From Deltaproteobacteria bacterium (GTDB lineage: Bacteria; Desulfobacterota; Binatia; UBA12015), in NCBI GenBank assembly GCA_016874795.1, contig VGTG01000001.1:22735-86734 (forward strand): a stretch of 64,000 nucleotides of DNA. Direction: 5' to 3'. Below the pieces are notes generated by a model. It was given only the letters and a program-made list of their open reading frames with translations, ran no database searches and was not told the origin of the DNA. The position numbers were made by a program, and so were the translations under genes. The stretch's first letter is position 1. Each line of letters begins with the position of its first letter. Shown here piece after piece: positions 60,358 through 64,000 of the stretch.

Positions 60358-62885
60358 GTCGCCTCGCCCCGCCCGGTGTCTGGGCGTGGTTCGCGCCGAA
60401 GCCACGACGGTGACACGAGCGCCGGCAGAAGAAGGACCGTCACGAAGAAGCAGATCGTCAAGCTCATCGCCGCCATGAGGCCGAGGCTGGAAAGGGCCGG
60501 GTACCGCGACAGAGCGAGCACGCCGAAGCCCGTGATCGTCGTCGCGCTCGTGATCGTCATCACTCGACCGCCGGTCGCGACCGCCTCCGCCACGTCGCCG
60601 GTCTCGCGATAGCGCTCGACGAGGAACAGGCAACCCTCCATCCCGAGACCGATCGTCAGCGGCAGGATCGCGACCGTCACCGGGTTGAGCGGAATCCCGA
60701 CGGCGCCCGAGAGGCCGAGGACGAGCACCGTCGAAGCGGCCGGAATCGCGACGAGGCCGATCGTCGGTCGAACGCGGCGCTCCCGCGCTCCGATCAGGAG
60801 GAGCGTGCCGATCAGGACCGCCGCGAGAAACCCGATCATCTCGCGCCGTGCGACGTGCGCGAGCGCGCGCTCCATCAGCGGGCGTCCCGTCACGACGACC
60901 GAAACTCCGTCGGGACGTGGCACCGCAGCGAGCCGGTCCGCGACCTCCTCCAGCGCCTCGGCGTCTCGCGGCGAGAACGAGACGAGGATCGAGAGGCCCT
61001 GGGTGTCGCGGCGGAGATGCCGATCGAGCAGGATCTCGAGCCCGGGCAGCGCCGCCTGCGTCGCATCGACCGGCGCGGGCAGGCGGCGGAGCGAGGCCGT
61101 CGCGGTCACGAAGGCTTCGAGGCGGAACCCGGCCTGCGCGAGCGCGTTCTCGAGATGCTCCGCCGCGGCCTCGCGCGGCAGCGCCGCCCAGGCCGCGAGC
61201 CGCTCCTCCTGTGTCGCACGCGAAGGCAGGAGCACCGCGGGGCTCGTCACCGACAGGGCGGTGCCCGAGACACGCTCGGCCTCGAGCCGCCGCGTCACGT
61301 CCTCGACCGTCCGCAGGACCGCTTCGACCTGCTCTTCACCGACGGGCGCCGGGGTCTCGACGAGGACCGAGCCATGCGGATCGGTGAAGCCGAACTCCCG
61401 CTGGATCTCCTCCTCGACCACGCGCGCCTGCGAAGCGCTCGGCCGGAGGTGGAACAGGTCCGTGTCGAGCGAGGTGCGCCACGCTCCGGCGAGCGCGACG
61501 ACGAGGACGACCGCCGCCATCGCGAGGCTCGTCCGACGATGGCGTGCGACCACGACCGCAAGCCGCGCGAGCCACCGTGCCGGCGTCACGCCGCGATCCT
61601 GCGGCCGCACGAGAAGACCGCGCCGGTCGAACCAGAGCTGCAACGCCGACACGACGACGAATGTCGCGGGGATGTTCAGCACGAGACCGAGCGCGGTGAG
61701 GAAGCCGAGCTGTGCGACTCCCGCAAGAGCCGAGAAGCCGATCGCGACGAACGCGGTCGCCGTCGTCGCGGTGCTGAGGACCATCGGCCAGAAGAGCCCC
61801 GTCATCGTCCGCCCGAGTGCCAGCTCGAGGTCGTCCGTGTGCTCGCGCTCCTCGAGGTAGCGCGTGTACCAGTGGATCGCCGTGTCGATGCCGAGCCCGT
61901 AGAAGATCGTCGCGAACGCGAGCGCGAGAAGGTTCAAGCTGCCGGAGACGACGAGGCCGAGCGCGAGCGTGACCGCCGTGGTCAGCAGCAGGTGATAGGT
62001 GACGAACGGCAGGATGCGCAGGTTCCGGTAGCCGACGTAGAAGACCGAGAGCACGCCGACGAGCCCGAGCGCCGTGAGGAGGATCGTGTCCTGCTGCAGC
62101 AAGCCCGAATCCTCGCGCGCGTGCGCGAAGGCGCCCGTGTAGCCGACGCTGATCCCGTCCCCGCCGACGGCGGCGCGCGCTTCCGCTTCGGCCTCCGCGA
62201 GGACGGCGGCGAGCCTCTCGCCGGCGGCGAGATCGAAGCCCGCTTCGGCGGGACGGATGAGGAGGAGAAGGCGCGTACCGTCCGGCGAGGCGAGCACGTC
62301 GCTGCCGGGATCGAGCGTCCGATCGGGCCGCGCGCCCGCGAGCGCTCCTCCGAGGATTCCCGAGAGCCCGAGGGGGTCGATCGAAAGAAACGGCGAGAGC
62401 CCGACCGCCCCCGGCGCCGCGAGCGCGCGACGGATGCCGGTGACCGTCGCGTCGACCGCCTCCGGCCGGAGCCGGGCCGCGACTTCGCCTTGCACCTCGA
62501 CGGGGAGCATCCGCGGCAGCGCTCCGTCGGCGAGCGCGCGGAGGAACGCGATGCGGTCGACGCCGCTTCGCACCGCGACGATCTCCGGGCGTCCCTCGAG
62601 CGCCCCGGCGAGCGCTGCGCCGAAGCGTCGCGCCGAGGCGCGATCGGGGGCGCGCACGAGAGCGACGACGACGTCCTGCGTTCCGAAGCGCTCGACGTAG
62701 CGCTGATAGTCGGAGAAGCGCGCGTTCCCCTGCGGGAGCATCGAGACGAGCCCGACGTCGAACTCGAGACGGAGCAGGGAGAGGCTCGTGACGACGGAGA
62801 TCACGAGCGAGACGATCAGGATCGTGCCGGTGCGCGGCGAGAGCCACGCGATGAAGCGAGCCGCCCGCGGATCGACGCCGCTCAT
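60354..62885 (-). CDS. MMPL/RND-superfamily lipid exporter (HpnN-like, 843 aa)
   Basis: ATG at 62885. Two 6-TM bundles with large periplasmic loops and GLGIDTAIHW / GLGMEGCLFL RND motifs. The upstream 290 aa of track ORF 60354..63761 is spurious. Confidence 0.9.
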   Translation of the reverse strand: MSGVDPRAARFIAWLSPRTGTILIVSLVISVVTSLSLLRLEFDVGLVSMLPQGNARFSDYQRYVERFGTQDVVVALVRAPDRASARRFGAALAGALEGRPEIVAVRSGVDRIAFLRALADGALPRMLPVEVQGEVAARLRPEAVDATVTGIRRALAAPGAVGLSPFLSIDPLGLSGILGGALAGARPDRTLDPGSDVLASPDGTRLLLLIRPAEAGFDLAAGERLAAVLAEAEAEARAAVGGDGISVGYTGAFAHAREDSGLLQQDTILLTALGLVGVLSVFYVGYRNLRILPFVTYHLLLTTAVTLALGLVVSGSLNLLALAFATIFYGLGIDTAIHWYTRYLEEREHTDDLELALGRTMTGLFWPMVLSTATTATAFVAIGFSALAGVAQLGFLTALGLVLNIPATFVVVSALQLWFDRRGLLVRPQDRGVTPARWLARLAVVVARHRRTSLAMAAVVLVVALAGAWRTSLDTDLFHLRPSASQARVVEEEIQREFGFTDPHGSVLVETPAPVGEEQVEAVLRTVEDVTRRLEAERVSGTALSVTSPAVLLPSRATQEERLAAWAALPREAAAEHLENALAQAGFRLEAFVTATASLRRLPAPVDATQAALPGLEILLDRHLRRDTQGLSILVSFSPRDAEALEEVADRLAAVPRPDGVSVVVTGRPLMERALAHVARREMIGFLAAVLIGTLLLIGARERRVRPTIGLVAIPAASTVLVLGLSGAVGIPLNPVTVAILPLTIGLGMEGCLFLVERYRETGDVAEAVATGGRVMTITSATTITGFGVLALSRYPALSSLGLMAAMSLTICFFVTVLLLPALVSPSWLRREPRPDTGRGEAT

Positions 62886-63874
62886 TTCGCCCGACCACGA
62901 GCGCGCCGAGCGAGCTTTCTCCTGCGAAGGCTCGGCGGGGAACTCTCCGCGCGCGAAGCGCGCGGCCGAGCGGAGAGCGAGCGGAGGAGTGGAGAGGTCG
63001 CGGCTTTGCCGCGGCCTGGGTGAGGGGGCGGCGCCCCCTCGCTGGTGACGAACAGGTTCTCGTCGAGCTCGAGGTTCAGCTTCTGCTCGAGGATGCGGAC
63101 GCTCGCGCGCCATCCCTGCGGCGAAGCCACCATCTCGATCGACGTCGGCAACGGGAGCGCGAGCGAGCAGTCGCGCACCGCGTAGTGCACGCGGATCACC
63201 TCGGAAGCGGGCGCGCCCTCCTGCCACACGACGCGCTCCGCCTCGACGCCGGTGGCGCCGACCCGCACCTGGCGCACGGCCGCGTGCGCCGAAGCCGGAT
63301 CGAGATCGAGCCAGCCGTCCGCGCCCGCGCGCGGCGTGCGTGCGCAGCGCTCGCGCCAGAGAGCCCAGAGCGCGAACGAGAGCCCCGCTTCCGGCTCCGT
63401 CGGCCGCTCTCCGGGGCGAAGCTCGAGAACGAGAGGTTCGCCGTCGAACGGCCGGCGGACGACGCCGCGCACGCTGCTTCCCTCCGCGACCCAGAGCGCG
63501 TCGTGGACGGTCATGCCGCCGATCCCGAAGAGCTTCACGCGAAGCGCTCCCGGTCGCCGCACGAGGAGCACGCCTTCGCTGCTGCGGCTCTCGTCTCCGA
63601 TCGTGACGTCGGCGCGAAAGCGCGCCTGAAGCGTCTCGATCCCGCCGTCCTCGCGACAGATCCGCTCTGCCGGCGGGGCACTCTCGAAGGCCGCGCACGA
63701 GCTTCGCGAGGGCGCGGGCGGCTGCGGCGCGCGCGCCGCACAGGCGATCAGCGCCGCGCACGCCGCGAGCACGAGGACCGTCCGTACGGCGCGGCGCGCG
63801 GCCGTGCGCGGCTCAGCCCGGCGCAGGAGCGGTCGCGCCTTCGCGGCTGATCTCGATCTCGGCCCGATCGCCAC
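62882..63874 (-). CDS. Lipoprotein, LolB/DUF4292-like fold suspected, with low-complexity Arg-rich tail
   Basis: Signal plus lipobox (VLVLAACAALIAC). The stop overlaps the MMPL start (ATGA at 62882-62885). The fold assignment is tentative. Confidence 0.6.
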   Translation of the reverse strand: MAIGPRSRSAAKARPLLRRAEPRTAARRAVRTVLVLAACAALIACAARAPQPPAPSRSSCAAFESAPPAERICREDGGIETLQARFRADVTIGDESRSSEGVLLVRRPGALRVKLFGIGGMTVHDALWVAEGSSVRGVVRRPFDGEPLVLELRPGERPTEPEAGLSFALWALWRERCARTPRAGADGWLDLDPASAHAAVRQVRVGATGVEAERVVWQEGAPASEVIRVHYAVRDCSLALPLPTSIEMVASPQGWRASVRILEQKLNLELDENLFVTSEGAPPPHPGRGKAATSPLLRSLSARPRASRAESSPPSLRRRKLARRARGRAK

Positions 63875-64000
63875 CGGCCTCGTTCAGCACGACGCGGCGC
63901 GGGACACCAGTCTCCGGGTCCAGGTCGAGATCGATCGCGACGAGGATGCGGAGAAGCGCCGGATCGCGCGGGACGAGCCGGAAGCGACCCGCGCCGGACG
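63813..64000 (-). CDS. 3' end of an upstream gene (LolA-like lipoprotein carrier suspected), partial
   Basis: Open frame from the window edge to TGA at 63815-63813 (..RFRLVPRDPALLRILVAIDLDLDPETGVPRRVVLNEAGGDRAEIEISREG..). High third-position GC. It overlaps the next gene's GTG start by 62 nt. Confidence 0.4.
   Translation of the reverse strand, partial: SGAGRFRLVPRDPALLRILVAIDLDLDPETGVPRRVVLNEAGGDRAEIEISREGATAPAPG

Noticed and set aside
63022-63040. GC-rich palindrome GAGGGGGC-ggc-GCCCCCTC inside the 3' region of the lipoprotein gene.
   Set aside because: It is a short (8-bp) stem inside an open reading frame. I mention it under the MMPL finding but it is insufficient for a separate regulatory call.
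1-64000. Search for tRNA/rRNA genes, CRISPR arrays, IS elements or transposases, integrases, phage genes and classic defence genes (restriction enzymes, Cas, abortive-infection ATPases).
   Set aside because: No cloverleaf-like sequence appears in any intergenic gap. There are no regularly spaced direct repeats, no DDE/HUH/tyrosine-recombinase-like ORF and no nuclease/ATPase defence pair. The only repeats are the two hairpin elements and the 9-bp in-frame repeat reported above.

Overview
This is a 64-kb, roughly 70% GC, gene-dense chromosomal segment with about 58 supportable protein genes. I found no rRNA, tRNA, CRISPR array, transposase or integrase. The envelope genes are Gram-negative in type (RND/MFP/OMF efflux, Lgt, DegP, many lipoboxes). 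Together with a Myxococcus-type Cys-rich repeat protein, they suggest a Myxococcota/'deltaproteobacterial'-like host; this is inference only. The high GC content fills the six-frame track with long Arg/Ala/Pro-rich antisense ORFs. I called only frames with recognisable family motifs, plausible RBSs and operon-style start/stop overlaps.

Content in order:
- nth (partial), a small Cys-rich secreted protein, a permease, a Zn-ADH and an orphan Hpt.
- A P450 translationally coupled to a flavodoxin-like protein.
- A rearranged and expanded ebo ('metabolite traffic') cluster, ordered eboA-eboB-[TMEM220/beta-propeller fusion]-eboD-(385-bp hairpin-containing gap)-eboE-eboF-eboC-alpha/beta hydrolase. 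It is flanked by cupin, PhyH, 2OG-oxygenase and a second P450.
- Two tandem sulfatase paralogs carrying an unusual 8-Cys N-terminal module.
- SDR, a Cys-repeat secreted protein, GT2, ppgK and zwf.
- An RND tripartite efflux operon.
- VOC-lgt, SGNH hydrolase.
- A TetR-controlled amidohydrolase/SCP-x thiolase/DUF35/double CoA-transferase operon.
- A sulfotransferase-Gfo/Idh/MocA-DegT operon.
- degP, a hybrid histidine kinase and argC.
- A flippase-like UPF0104 protein, a PheC-chorismate mutase fusion, thrH, panE and an orphan JAMM protease.
- An MMPL exporter coupled to a second UPF0104 protein and LolA/LolB-like lipoproteins.

The most interesting candidate for undescribed biology is the ebo variant with its embedded membrane-tethered periplasmic propeller and oxygenase-rich surroundings. 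All functional calls rest on motif recognition by eye; no database search was run.
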